Assembly: GCF_009834535.1 (NCBI RefSeq)
Contig: NC_045707.1
Coordinates: 63,862,001 to 63,926,000, forward strand
DNA from: Camelus ferus
Lineage: Eukaryota
Reading direction: 5' to 3'
DNA: 64,000 bases
Part shown: positions 36,301-47,982 of the stretch, piece after piece
Position numbering within the stretch: position 1 is the stretch's first letter
How the letters are laid out: the number at the start of each line of letters is the position of its first letter
Notes under the pieces: model-generated
Seen by the model: the letters and a program-made list of their open reading frames with translations, nothing else
The model's database searches: none
Told to the model about the DNA's origin: nothing
Translations under genes and position numbers: made by a program

Positions 36301-37045
36301 ACACTGGGTGCAGTCAGTTCTAAGTCCTTATAATAATTGCCAAAATTATTTGAATGATTCTTCGAGATTAGGCTGGTCCCTGGCTAAGGTCTGTGTAAGG
36401 CAGACAAGCATTACTGATCATATCAAGGCCCCCACGATATCCTGTCCTCAAAACCGGAAGCAATGAACATGACCCTCTTCGGTTGGATAAATGAACTTCC
36501 TGTCTGGCCTGCTTCTGGGCCCTGCCAGATTCTCATAACATCATGTACGTAAGTATAGTTCCTCAAAGTGACTGACATTTATTTTCATTCTGCTTTGTTT
36601 TTGTTTTCATTTTTTACTTCCCCCCCTTCCTTTACGTTGTGCTATACCTGCCTCACTTGACACTCTCTGATGCCTGAGAGGTTCTTGTTTGGATTTAATT
36701 TCCAGGGCTGTGTTTACAGTAAAAAGCCGGCAGTCCCTTTTAGTTTTCCCCTCTTTAAACCTTTTGAGATTCTTCATTTCAGGATTTAAAACTTAAGCAG
36801 TCCATCTTAAGGAAAGTGTAACTGCCATGGCCACAAGTCTGCTAGTTGCACTTGAATGCTCTAACAGGGTTGTTTATTGCCCTTCCTACGTTCTGGACTC
36901 CTTGCCGAGACTGTTTAACCTGAAGATTAAAGAAACTATTGCAAATGCCAGTGCATCAGAACCTAAGAGTGGTCAAATATTATGTGCAATTTTTTTGTAA
37001 AGAAATTTTAATTTATAATAAAGTTTAACAGTTTAAAGAACAGTT
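36301..37045 (+). other. ZFC3H1: ZFC3H1 3'UTR to proximal poly(A) site
   Basis: Repeat-free sequence after the stop; AATAAA at 37017-37022 followed by U/GU-rich sequence; end position approximate. Confidence 0.7.
37017..37022 (+). terminator. Poly(A) signal AATAAA of ZFC3H1 (proximal)
   Basis: First AATAAA I found after the stop; upstream TGTA and U-rich context. Confidence 0.7.
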
Positions 37046-40000
37046 AATATTTGAACGGCTTTGTATTGCAATACTACTTTGTAGTATTAAAATTGTTTAT
37101 AAAAAATATTTTTAATATAAGTTAACTTTTTGAAAAACGTTGCTGTCTTTATTCACTTTTCCCATTCCGGTGGGAAAGGGTTGAAGTTGGAGACAGGGAT
37201 ATTCACTACAACTGTGTCAGTGCTTTCCACCTTAAACCTGCTTTCCCGTAAAAACATTCCAGCCACTTTTAAAATTCATGAGAAGATGGGTCCTTTTCTA
37301 TTTTGAGGACAATAAACCAAATAGGTTTGCACTACCATTAAATTCACCGTCCTCGAGACCACAGTGTTTAGAAAGTATCTTCAACTATAGTTTGAATGAT
37401 TTGCTTAGTGACGTGCTGTCTTACGTCGCGTATCAGTAGGATCAGATGTAAAGCCTGACCTTGCTTTTGTTTTAGTTTGGTTGGTTTTGAGTCTATAGTG
37501 GGTTGTTTGCACCTGGTAGAAAAATTGTTAAGGACACACATACACTGCCCCAAACTGGTCTTACAGCTACAAGGCAATCTAATTGTTGGGGGCCAAGCAA
37601 CAGCCCTGTGAAATACTAGGCAAATTTGTACATCTGTACATTTTTATAACGCTTAGTCAAAATAAAACCATGTTTTGAGACTCTGCTAATGTGTCTACCA
37701 GACAGTGCGTATTTGGCTAGTAAGTGCTGTTTGGTGAGGTCAGGAACAGAACCTGTTTGTCTGGTGTCTTTCATTAAACCACAAAGAAGCTAAGTGGTTT
37801 TTCTCTAAAACTAAAGAAATTTGGGTGGAAGATAGTAATCCCAGAAGGGTGTTTCCTCCATCATATGCATTTAACTGTTTAACCTTGAAAGCTGCTCTGA
37901 TTATTTGAAAACCTGTTAGGTGCTTGGAACACTGTTTCCAATCTGTCCCCCCATAGTGTAACAGTACTGATGTTAATTGAAATGTCTCAGTAGTTTTTTT
38001 TGGAGACAGTGCTAAGTTTTGAACTTTTGCGTAGCCTAAAACCTACCATTTGTTGCATGAACAATTCCATCAGCAGTAACGTTTGCCTCTTTAAAGAGAA
38101 AGAATAGTTCGCATTGGTGCGTGCGGCTGCAAGGTCCCGCCACGCAGGCTGCGCCAGCCCCAGGGGTCCTAGTTCACATGTTCACAGTGGCGCAGGCAGG
38201 GGCGTAGCATGCATGTCAAGCAGCTGTTTCCTTTTTGATCAGTGGCCATGTTGCTAATTAAAATCATGACGCTATCCTATAGAAATTATTTTGCCTTAAA
38301 GATGTCACCCTTTCTTCCTTTCATTTTACAAATCTACTTGAACCTCCACAAAAAAATTTAGCAAAGCCTGCTAACGAATGAGGTATAAGTTACTGTCATC
38401 CTTCCATATTCAGTTTTCACTTGTTTTTTTTAATGAAGTGCTTTCAACAAGAATTAGAATATTAAACAAAACTTGGGGTTAAAGTTGAAGAGTTACTGTA
38501 GTAACATGAATATAATATTTGATATACTCTATGACTGAAGTCTTTCTTTGGGCAAAGAAATGTTACACAGTGAGAAAAGATTAGTCATTGCGAACTGTAG
38601 TCCCTTGCACCCCGCAGCTCCTGTCAGGGGGAGAAACACAAAAGAGGCATTTTAGCCTGGGGTTTTATCTCTGATAAAGGAAGTGGTGTGGCAGATTGCG
38701 GTGTATTTTTATGTGTTTTTCTCCATTTTAGAGAACAGCCTAATATTTTTATTTGCCTTTTAACGGAAAGTGGACCTTGTAACATTGTTGTCACTGGATT
38801 ATCTAAGGCGGTTTGCTTTCAATTAAAGGGCATATAAACCTACATCATAAAGCAAGCAAGAATCTCCAGGTGCAACATCTAAGAGCTATAGGCACTGAGC
38901 AGACAAGCAAAAGGCGATTAAGACTGACAACAATGCAGAGGGACTTTATTGAAGAGTGTAGTTCAAATATTTATTTTTCAAGGTTGTTGAAAAAGTAGGA
39001 ACATGTGGCTATAATACAAAACAGGGCCAATATTCTTGCTTAAAGCTGTCATGTGTTCACAGATAAGTCATAATTTCCTTAAGTCTGCTTTCATATCCCT
39101 GTGTTAACATCAGTGCAAGGGAAGGATGGGAAATTATAAGTTTAGTGACCTTGCAGGTTTGGGCATTACTGTTGCTTCCTCAGTACAAAGAACAGTAATT
39201 ATACAGAGTATTTTGGAACAAGAGCTGTTCAAGAAGAGGCAGGCTTCTCTCAGGAGCGTTTTTTATATTCTTTTTTGGCCTTCATAGTTGGTTCTGTATC
39301 TTTATCTTTCCAAGCTGTGGAACTTCTTAATGTAGGTGCTAGAGCTGAGATGAAAAAAGGGTTTTTTCTTTATTTTTTTAAGGCTCTATTTCATAGACCA
39401 CCCCAGATCCCCTGACTTGCTGCAGGTTTCTTCAGTTGTGCGCTCACTGTTCCAGGGGCCAGTGAGCAAGCCACCAAAGGATGTGCGACCCTACCTACTT
39501 TCATCCCCTCCTCTCGCCACTGCTCACACAGCCTTCCTCAGTAGTAGCTGTGTGGGCCTGTCTTTCATAGATGGTAAAATGGATATCGAGTTTGTCTCCA
39601 CTTTTTGTTTAGTGACCTTCACAAGAGGGACCCAACATGTTTTCAGAGGCCCCACCGTGGAGAGTCAGGTGGGTTTTCTCTCCAGAGTCCATTTGAGGAC
39701 TGTGCTAGCCACACTCAAAACAAGGATGAGTAAAGAGGTCCTCTTGATTAACAGAACAGAAGAGTGTCTGCCAAGGAAGCATCCCCGAAGAGGCTGCAGA
39801 CGTGGGTTGGAGGTTGGGAGAGTCTTCCTGGATGGAAGTGGTTTATTGGTGAGGTCATAAAATAGGAGGAGGGAAAACTGAGGCCGGGAATACTATTTTC
39901 AGAAGCTATGTGGCACGTAACACCTGGATATTGTAGAAGAGTTTGCACTGTTCAGAAACTGGTACATTTTTTTAAACTCCCTAAAAAGCTGCTTTGGCTT

Positions 40001-41289
40001 CGTGCTAATCCACACACAACCGACCATCTGTTAGACGTGGAAACCCCACAGCAGACCCCAGTGCAGAGAAGGCCAGATGAGCATGACTGAGCGGGAGTCA
40101 GTCTTGCCAGGCCCAGACTAAGCAGCCTTGACATAGAGGGTCAGGTCTGAGATATAACTGCTGCTATTAGTTTTTTTTTTTTAACCTAACTTTGGATAAT
40201 ACATGAACAAAGCTCTACTTTCAGCATTTGCCAGTGTCTACAACTTGGAGACCCCTGTTTCATTCCCACCAAAGGCTACAAAGTATATTCCATGACTCTG
40301 TTATGAAGCATGGTTATTTTTCTATTTATATGGAAGAACCACCTGGAGATGGCCCAGTCTTCAGTGCTTTAACCTGATTTTTCCAAATGACATATTTTAG
40401 CCCAATACCAGAAATGTTTCAGTCAACATGGAATTCAGTAATGGCAGAAATAAAATAGTTCAGTTGGGGAGCAAAGAATTTTACAAGGGTATAGAAAGAA
40501 TATGTGCTTCCCGGTTTCATCAAGAAAGCAGAAAATCCTAAATGTTGGAGGCCAATTCGATTGGTCTTAAGTGATGTGACTTACTTTGTGGCGAGTGCTG
40601 GTGGGTCTGAATTTTTTCCCCCAGTTTAAAGACACAGCTTATTGCCTAGAATGCAGTGAATAGAATGTTAAAAATATGTGAATCAATTGTATCACAAATG
40701 CCATTGGATAATGAATGTTTTGCTTTTATGCAAGGCTGTTCAGTAAATTTTGGAGGCTACCCAGAACAGAAACAAATATGACTCTTCAAGGCCATCTTCA
40801 TTGAATTAAGTAAAAGCCTGAATCCAAACATGAAAACTATTTGCACAGCTGTTCTAAGAGAGAATGTGCAGCATTTGCGCTTTACTTGGTAATTTGAAAG
40901 CTTCAAGATCGATTATCAATTCAGCCAAAATCAAAGGTGGGTTTACCATATTGTTTAGTCGATCAAGCAAATTAAATCTTGCAAATGTTCGTACCTAGTG
41001 ACGTCAGCCTTGTGAAAGAGAATGATCACCAACAGCCTAAGGGAGCCGGACCAATTAGGGAAGGGTGGTGGAGGAGCTGGTGAGCTGTGTGCATTAATGG
41101 AGATAATCAGGACATCTACCGCCAAGGCCAAAACAAACACTCAGCTTGGCACATCATAAAGTCAATCGTGAGACTGCCTGTGGATGTATTTGGCCCTTTA
41201 TGCTGGTTGAAATGGAGCTACAAAGGAATGGTTTCAGCAAACAGAGGAGTGTGAGCCAATGTGAGAAATGAAAAAAGCCACGTATCTAA

Positions 41290-41440
41290 AAGATCTGGAT
41301 ATTAGATCGAGCTCCACCACTAGCTGTGTAATCATGACAGGCCATTTCATTGCTCCCTGTCTCTGCTTCCACATAAATAAAACAGGGAAATATCTGTGCT
41401 TACTCAGGGGTGTTGAGAGATCATATAATAGAATTTATCT
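41290..41440 (+). mobile_element. MIR SINE
   Basis: ctccaccactagctgtgt..tctgcttcc..aaaacaggg..gttgagagat. Confidence 0.6.
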
Positions 41441-42329
41441 TAGAAAAAAATAAGAGCGATGTTTTGAGTTTGGGGTCGTTTTCCAAAATTTTGAGGGCAA
41501 AGAGATGCTAAAAAAATAACAGTTTGCTTTTTCAGACATAAATTCATTACCATCAGTTGGAGCATATGGCCCTACATACTCCAGCGTGATTTATTTGCTC
41601 TCTCTAAAAAACACAACAGAGGTCACTGCTGTCAGAATTCAGTGGCTCATTCCTGGTGTTATTGCCCAAAATAACAGGTGAGACTATCCATTAGCAGATG
41701 GTCTGACTTTAGGTTACGTCAAAGGGGTCAATATGATGATTCTATTTTCAATTCTGAGGATTCTCAGCGTGTTGGCTGGGTTCTATTTTTTTGTTTGTTT
41801 CTTTGTGGTGTAATGGAGGATGAAGACTAGTCCTTAACTCAGGACTTGATTTTCACTTGTTGATGGGTCTAGAAAGAGCATTCCTTGCTAGTTAAAAGTG
41901 CAGAGTAGCCAGTAATCCAAGCCACTTTCCACACTTTTTATTGGAATTGCTTATGAAGGGCATGGCAGTATTGACCAATTTAAGCTTGCAGGCAGGAGTA
42001 ATAAAATGACCTAATGGGGCACGAGAACTTGCATAAAGTTTGCACTACCCCCGAGCTGGAAGAGAACCTTCCAGGAACATATTTTTAAGAGAAGAGAATT
42101 GCCTTTAATTTTTTCTTCCTTTTCAACTATGATTTTACTTTTTACTGTAATGAAGCCAAAACTGGCGGAAGTTCTGGTCCCAGTGATGGGAAGAGAGAAA
42201 AAAAAAAAATCACAGAGCGTCGAGCAGGAGGTAATTGGTAGCATCACTTTTGGTGACTGATTAGTGCAGTACTGAATAAAAGCTGACCTAGTGTGGGGCA
42301 GAGGGGGGAGAGTCTGAGTCAAAATAGCC

Positions 42330-43010
42330 AAGAGGAAAAGAGTAAAATCCAGGGCTTCAAGTGTATTGTAAATGAGCCTCCTGTGTTAGGACTGACAGAA
42401 ACAAAAATAGCGGTGACTTCAGACGGCTTCTCTCCTTAGTGAAAATCCAGGCAGCTTCCATCCTGTTGCTCTGTCCTGTGCGATCTGCATTCGCACGAGA
42501 GCTGCCCCGCGTGGTTCTGCCATTCCGGCCCTGTGCGTGGCCAGAAGGCTGAAGCACGGGCTGAAATTAAGCCCATGATCAGCTTATCAGGTGTCCTGGA
42601 GCACTGGTTGATTCAGTCTGGAGGAAGGAGGGCCTTTTTCTAATTTACACAAAGAGACCACCTGGATCCAAAGTTGCATAGAGAGGGTGGGCCTTTTTCC
42701 AAATTGCACGCAGCCGTCTGTGGGTGGTGGGCCTGACGGTTCAAAATGGCTTTCCCAGTCCTAGGCCTTTTGTCCACATTCCATTTAGCAGGAAGGAAAA
42801 ACAAGGAGAAAGACAAACCTCCTCTCTCAAAAGAGTACTTCCTAGCAGCTGACTATGACGATGGTTGTTTTTGTCCCATTCTTCAGAGATTTGGCCACTG
42901 CAAGGGAGGCTGAGGAATGTAGCTGTTATTTGGGTGGCTATGTAGACAGCAAAAATTCAAGGAGGTAGGACGGAATACAAATTTGGGGACAGCTAAACAT
43001 CTCTGCCGCA
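42330..43010 (-). mobile_element. MLT1-type MaLR LTR with a probable internal DNA-transposon (MER91-like) insertion at ~42545-42737
   Basis: aaaatccaggcagcttccatc..caaaatggct..ctgcaagggaggctgaggaatgtag..tctctgccgca terminus. Confidence 0.55.
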
Positions 43011-43219
43011 CCACCATCAACTACAGTAAACCGACTATAGGATGAGGTTAATGGTTTGAACCTTGTTTGTTAATCTCTAAATAAAAGTTTTTAATGGTGA
43101 ACCACTTAAATTCCTTCCAGTTTTATAGTCCCACTATATAAGCCTTCAGTTTGGAATAGGAAAGCGGAAGGCACATTTCCCAGACTTAGCTTGTTGAAGT
43201 AGTTTCAGGATGAGCATTT

Positions 43220-43445
43220 AATAAGAACCAACACTCGAAGCCTCAGCCTGTATCAGACACTTCTGAGTGCTTGAGGTTTATTAATTTGTTTAAGTTCTTA
43301 CAACAGCCCTATGAGATATCGTTAAAATCCCCATTTGATAGATGATAAACTGAGCCACAAGAGGTTAAGGAACTCAGCTGAGACACAAAGGTGGTACATG
43401 ATAAACCCAAAAAATTGACATCTGAGTGCATGCCCTTACTTGGCT
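43220..43445 (-). mobile_element. MIR SINE
   Basis: cttacaacagccctatgag..atccccattt..agatgataaactgag..aggttaag. Confidence 0.7.
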
Positions 43446-44074
43446 ACCTAAAATCGCTAAAGTGATTTAAGCTGGTTCTGAGAAACAACCCTGGGGCCTT
43501 TGAGGGAATTATTGAGAAAGAGACTCGTCTTGTTACTTAACGAGTAGAACGTAAGCCCTGAACGGTGGCAGCTGGGAACGACCCCACCAAGCACTGTGAG
43601 AGGCCGCTGGGAGTGAGGTCCCTGGAGAAGAGCGGAGCTGAGACGGGGAAAGAGATTCTGGTGCTAGCAGGAGTCACTGTGTCTGAAACCAGGTACTCCT
43701 AGGTTTTTCACGTATTTAAAACTTTTGTTCTCATCAACTACCTCCCCTCCATCTACCCCACACAACTTTTTTTTTTTCCAAACTGAGCTGAGATTCAGTA
43801 GAGTTGTCTTCTAACAACCCAGTAGGCTAATAACCAAGTTCAAACACTTGTGGACCTTCGCCTGCGGAACAGAAGTTGCATTGCTGATGGAGACCCTGGA
43901 GGCAGAAAACGGAGTAAGTTCTTAGAAGTATGTAAATTAGGCGACATAACTAACTTTCTGTTGAAGTTGAGGGCTATGGGAGACAGACAGGCGGCGGTGA
44001 GAGTTGCTTATTTAAATACGTGGGGTTGGTGGGGGTAGGGAGGAGGGAAGGGGGGCTGAGAAGACTGAAACTTG

Positions 44075-44295
44075 AGAGCGAGGAGCACAGCAGTCGGGTT
44101 TAAGGTCTCTTTAATTTGGATTCAGCGCCCAGCTCCATAGCCTTGGGAAAGTCCGCTTCACTCCTCTAAGACATTTCTTTTGTAAGGCTGGATTAGCACC
44201 AGCGTTTATAGATCTTATTTGCGGCTGTGCAGATAATACGATCATACAGGTTAAGGGCTTAGGACAGTGCCTGGAACACTAAACACTCAATTGCA
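44075..44295 (+). mobile_element. MIR SINE
   Basis: cccagctcc..ccttgggaaagtc..gcttaggacagtgcctggaaca. Confidence 0.6.
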
Positions 44296-44692
44296 TGAGC
44301 CTTCCTTAGCAGATGTGAAATTACAGAAGCAGTTTGAGGGAAAAAGCCTCAGAAATGTGGGTCAGGGCCGAGTTTCAGCATAACAAGAGAGGGCTTGCGG
44401 TGGTGGAGTCTAATTAGTTGATAAAATTCCTGAGAGTAAGACAGACCTGGAGAACAAGTTGGGACAAGGAGAGTGGGGTAATCAAGTAAGTTAGTTATTA
44501 AATATATAAATATCAAGTTAGTTTGGACCTATATTTATTTGGCAGAATAAAGTTCTAATGAAGGTCTGGAAGCAGAGTAGTGCTGATGGATGGGGATGGC
44601 ACTTGCGAAGAGGGGAGAAGAAAGTTTGGCTTTTTAATTGCACATTCCCTAGTGTGGGTGGGGAACGTGCTGAGGAGATTGCAGTGATCTAG

Positions 44693-44856
44693 GCCTCTTC
44701 TCGGTGTGATTTTGGATCTACAGCATTAGGAACATCTGGAAGCTTGGAAGAAACTCAGAATCTCAGGCCCCACCCCAGGCCTCCTGAATTAGAATCTGTA
44801 TTTTATTAATAAGATCCCTGGATGAGCTTATGCACATTAAAATTTGAGAAGCACTG
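44693..44856 (+). mobile_element. MER5 (A/B) element
   Basis: cagaatctcaggccccaccccag..tgaattagaatctg..aatttgagaagcactg. Confidence 0.8.
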
Positions 44857-45187
44857 CTCTAGGCTAGAGAAAAATGCGTGGATTTTTGTTGTTTAAAATA
44901 CAGAAGAATGAAGCGATTTGGTTTAAAATCACTGAAACGTCTACTGAAATGCTGGGAATACAGTGGCGACAAGTCGCCTAGTTTTCTTCAGGCTCTGTCT
45001 CACGATAAGGCATGTGCCTCCCAGTTTTCAGAAATGTAACACTAACCGCTGATCTTCATCTGTGTCTATGTTCTTTACTCTTAAAACTTATGCTAAGGAA
45101 TGATTCTGGCTTCTTCAGTTTTAAGTCTTTAAGTGCTCTTGAAATTTTTAGGTGGATGATAACTCGTTGTTTATTCACAGGAGAGTT

Positions 45188-45726
45188 ACATTAGTTATGT
45201 ATTGCTGTGTAACAAATTACCCCAAAACTAAGCAGCTTAATGCAACAAACTCTTCTTTCACAGTCTGTGGGTCAGGAACCCAGGAGGGGCTTAGCTGAGT
45301 GGTTTGGTTCAAGATCTCTCACAAAGTTATGTCAAGCTGTTGGCTGGCGCTTAACTAGTCATCTGAGGCTTAACTAGTGCTGAAGGATCTACTTCAAGCT
45401 TGCTCGCATAGGTGTTTGTGGGTCTCAGTTTCTGACGTATGCATGTCTCCATAGACTGTCTGAGTGGCTTTGTGGCAGGGCAGCTGGCTTTCCCAGAATT
45501 AGTGAGTCAGGAGAGAGAGAAAGAGACAGAAGGAGACAGAGAGAGGGCACTAAAAATGGAAACTGGGAATCTTTTATAACCTAACATTGGAAATGATATA
45601 CCATCACTTCTGCTGTGTTTTGGTCACACAGACCAACCTTGGTACAATGTGGGAGGGGATTACACAAGGGTGTGAATATCAGCAGGTGGAGATCTTTAAG
45701 GGGCCACTTGGAGCCTGGCTGCTACA
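45188..45726 (-). mobile_element. MLT1-type MaLR solo LTR
   Basis: attagttat..ttgctgtgtaacaaattaccccaaaact..ggtcaggaa..ccatcacttctgc..cacaagggtgtgaata..ctggctgctaca. Confidence 0.85.
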
Positions 45727-47000
45727 ATGGCGGAGGACGTGCTTTCCGATGAGCAATGAAACTCGTCACTCGCTCCAGGTGCAGCTTGTACCGCTGGGAG
45801 CGTCTTCAGTCTCCATGGAGAGGAGGGAACTGAAGCAATGAACGACTTGAGATCTCATACCCATGTTTAAACTTCAAGAGCTACTCATCTAAGCGGAAAT
45901 GGAGTTCAGTCCTAATTGGACGGGGAAAAGAGGGGAATTGGAAGCAAAGCACAGTTATTCAGTTGAGACTGCCTTTATTCCAAAAAACTGGAATGCAGAG
46001 CACTCTCAGCAGCTCTTTAATTCATAATTGCACCAGAAGTAGGGAAGGACAAAACGTGGGTCCTGACTCCTCTAAACAGGCCATACCTGCCAGCATCCTG
46101 ATCTTCTACATCAAAGTTTGGACTCTTTGAACTAGAGCCAAAGAAGCTATGAATGATGAATATAACCAAATACTGGGGAAATTTTGCAACTCTTATCAAC
46201 AGGCCTGCAGATGACGAAATAAGCTTCCATTACTTTGGTACCATTTCCCTCTGAAATGAGACTCCATCCCTCTGCTTCGGGTGACGCCATCTGCTTCTTA
46301 ATCAGCTCTGTGCATCTTCATGCAGTCTCACACTGAACCAGGTGTATGATGAACCCAACCCACTTCACATCCCAACGTCCATAAACTATTAAAGTTGAAA
46401 AAAATTGTATAGAAGAGCTATTGTCCGTCTCCATGGAATTTTGGCTGGGATAGGCACTTTCGGCTCATACATGAAAACTGTTTAAATTTTATTCCTCATT
46501 ACAAAGGTATTCAGAGGAAAAACTGAATATTTCAGATATTTTAGCAGGCAAAATCAGCTACACAGTCTTTTTCTAATTACTGTTGCAGCAACATATCAAG
46601 AGTTCTCATTTTTCTTTTGGAAAATAAAGTTATGTTAATCAGAAACAATGACATTTGGTCTGCTTTAGATCAAAGGCCCTTCTGTACCCCAGAGGGCCAA
46701 CTCTGCTCTTGTTAAAGACAAAAGACTTGGGTGAAAAGTACAAGGTTAGGGTTTTTGTTTTGTTTCGTTTTTTTAACTTCTTTTCTTGCGGACCATTTCC
46801 TTATTGTTTCTTCCAATAAACCTCTCAGTGGTTAGCAAGTTTTGACCAAAATGTCAAGCAACATCTTTTTCTAGTATGGAATGGGAAATTTAAACTTTGA
46901 GGAGTTAATCAGACAAGTATCAGATACACATGAACTGCAAATCCCTTCAATGAAAATAAAACCTCTCCTGGAATTGGTATATCTCCATGCACCTTTACTC

Positions 47001-47045
47001 TTTTTTTTTTTTTTTTTGAAGTATAGTTGATTTGCAATGTTGTGT
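47001..47045 (-). mobile_element. Extremely 5'-truncated L1 (3' tail only)
   Basis: T17 + GAAGTATAGTTGATTTGCAATGTTGTGT (resembles recalled L1 3' terminus), flanked by 16-bp TSD catgcacctttactct / catgcccctttactct. Confidence 0.8.
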
Positions 47046-47129
47046 CATGCCCCTTTACTCTTGGTTTTTATAATTAATTGGAAAATGAAATTTGCTGGCA
47101 GACACCATGTACTGCAGGTAGTTTATTAG

Positions 47130-47262
47130 CTCCATTTTATAGACGAGCACTCAGAAGAAGGGAAGTAAAGAGATTTGCTCAAGGACATGCAACCTGAAGG
47201 GTTAGAACCGGGATTTGAACCCTGGCCACCTGGCTTCAGAATCTGAATGCTTAATCACTCTG
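47130..47262 (-). mobile_element. MIR SINE
   Basis: ccattttatagacgag..gatttgctcaagg..ggatttgaaccc..cttcaga. Confidence 0.7.
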
Positions 47263-47585
47263 TTGTATTCCTTCTCAAAGTAACCACTTGATGCATGCTT
47301 ACGAAATAATTGAATTAATCTGAATATGTGCTACACAGATTCTTTGTAGACAAATGTAAACAAAGGATGGAGATGTTTACAGCGTTCTATAAATATTTCT
47401 CCTAGTCAACGCTTCAGCCAATATTTTCACTCAGTTTTCTTTAATTTGAAATAAATTCCACGACTCCTCTTCTCTCTACACTCAGGATAGCTACTTTTCT
47501 TTTCCTTTTGTTTCCGGTGCTCCCTTGCTCTAGGACTGACAGCTCAATTCCCCCTTAAGACCTAGTTCCCATGGACAGTAGACTG

Positions 47586-47748
47586 CACTGGTTCTCAAAA
47601 CTTGAGTCTGCGTTAGAATAACCTGAAGGGCCAGTTAGAAAGCATTGCTGAGCTCTGCCCCAGAGTTTCTGATTCGGTAGATCTGAAGTGAGGTCTGAGA
47701 ATGTGAATTTCTAACAGGTTCCTGGAGACCACACTTTGAAAAATCACA
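47586..47748 (-). mobile_element. MER5A/MER5A1 element
   Basis: ggttctcaaaacttgag..ccccagagtttctgattc..gaatttctaacaggttcc..gaccacactttga. Confidence 0.8.
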
Positions 47749-47774
47749 AGTGTAACTTTTAAGAAGAAATATCT

Positions 47775-47982
47775 CTGAGACCCAGCTTCACTATTCACTA
47801 GGCAGGTGATCACTAGGGTCGTTTCATCAAACCTTTGTGCTACAGCTTCCTCATCTTCAAAATGGGGATGATAACAAGACCCATCTCATAGGTTTGTCTC
47901 CTACTTCAATCAGGTATCGTCCGTAAAAACACCTGACACTGTCTGGCATGATCAAGTTTCCAATAAAGGTTAACTATTACTA
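47775..47982 (+). mobile_element. MIR SINE
   Basis: cagcttcctcatct..aaaatggggatgataa..catctcatagg..tctggca. Confidence 0.7.

Noticed and set aside
39417..39860. 147-aa intergenic ORF
   Set aside because: TTG start, no recognisable homology or splice context; length compatible with chance
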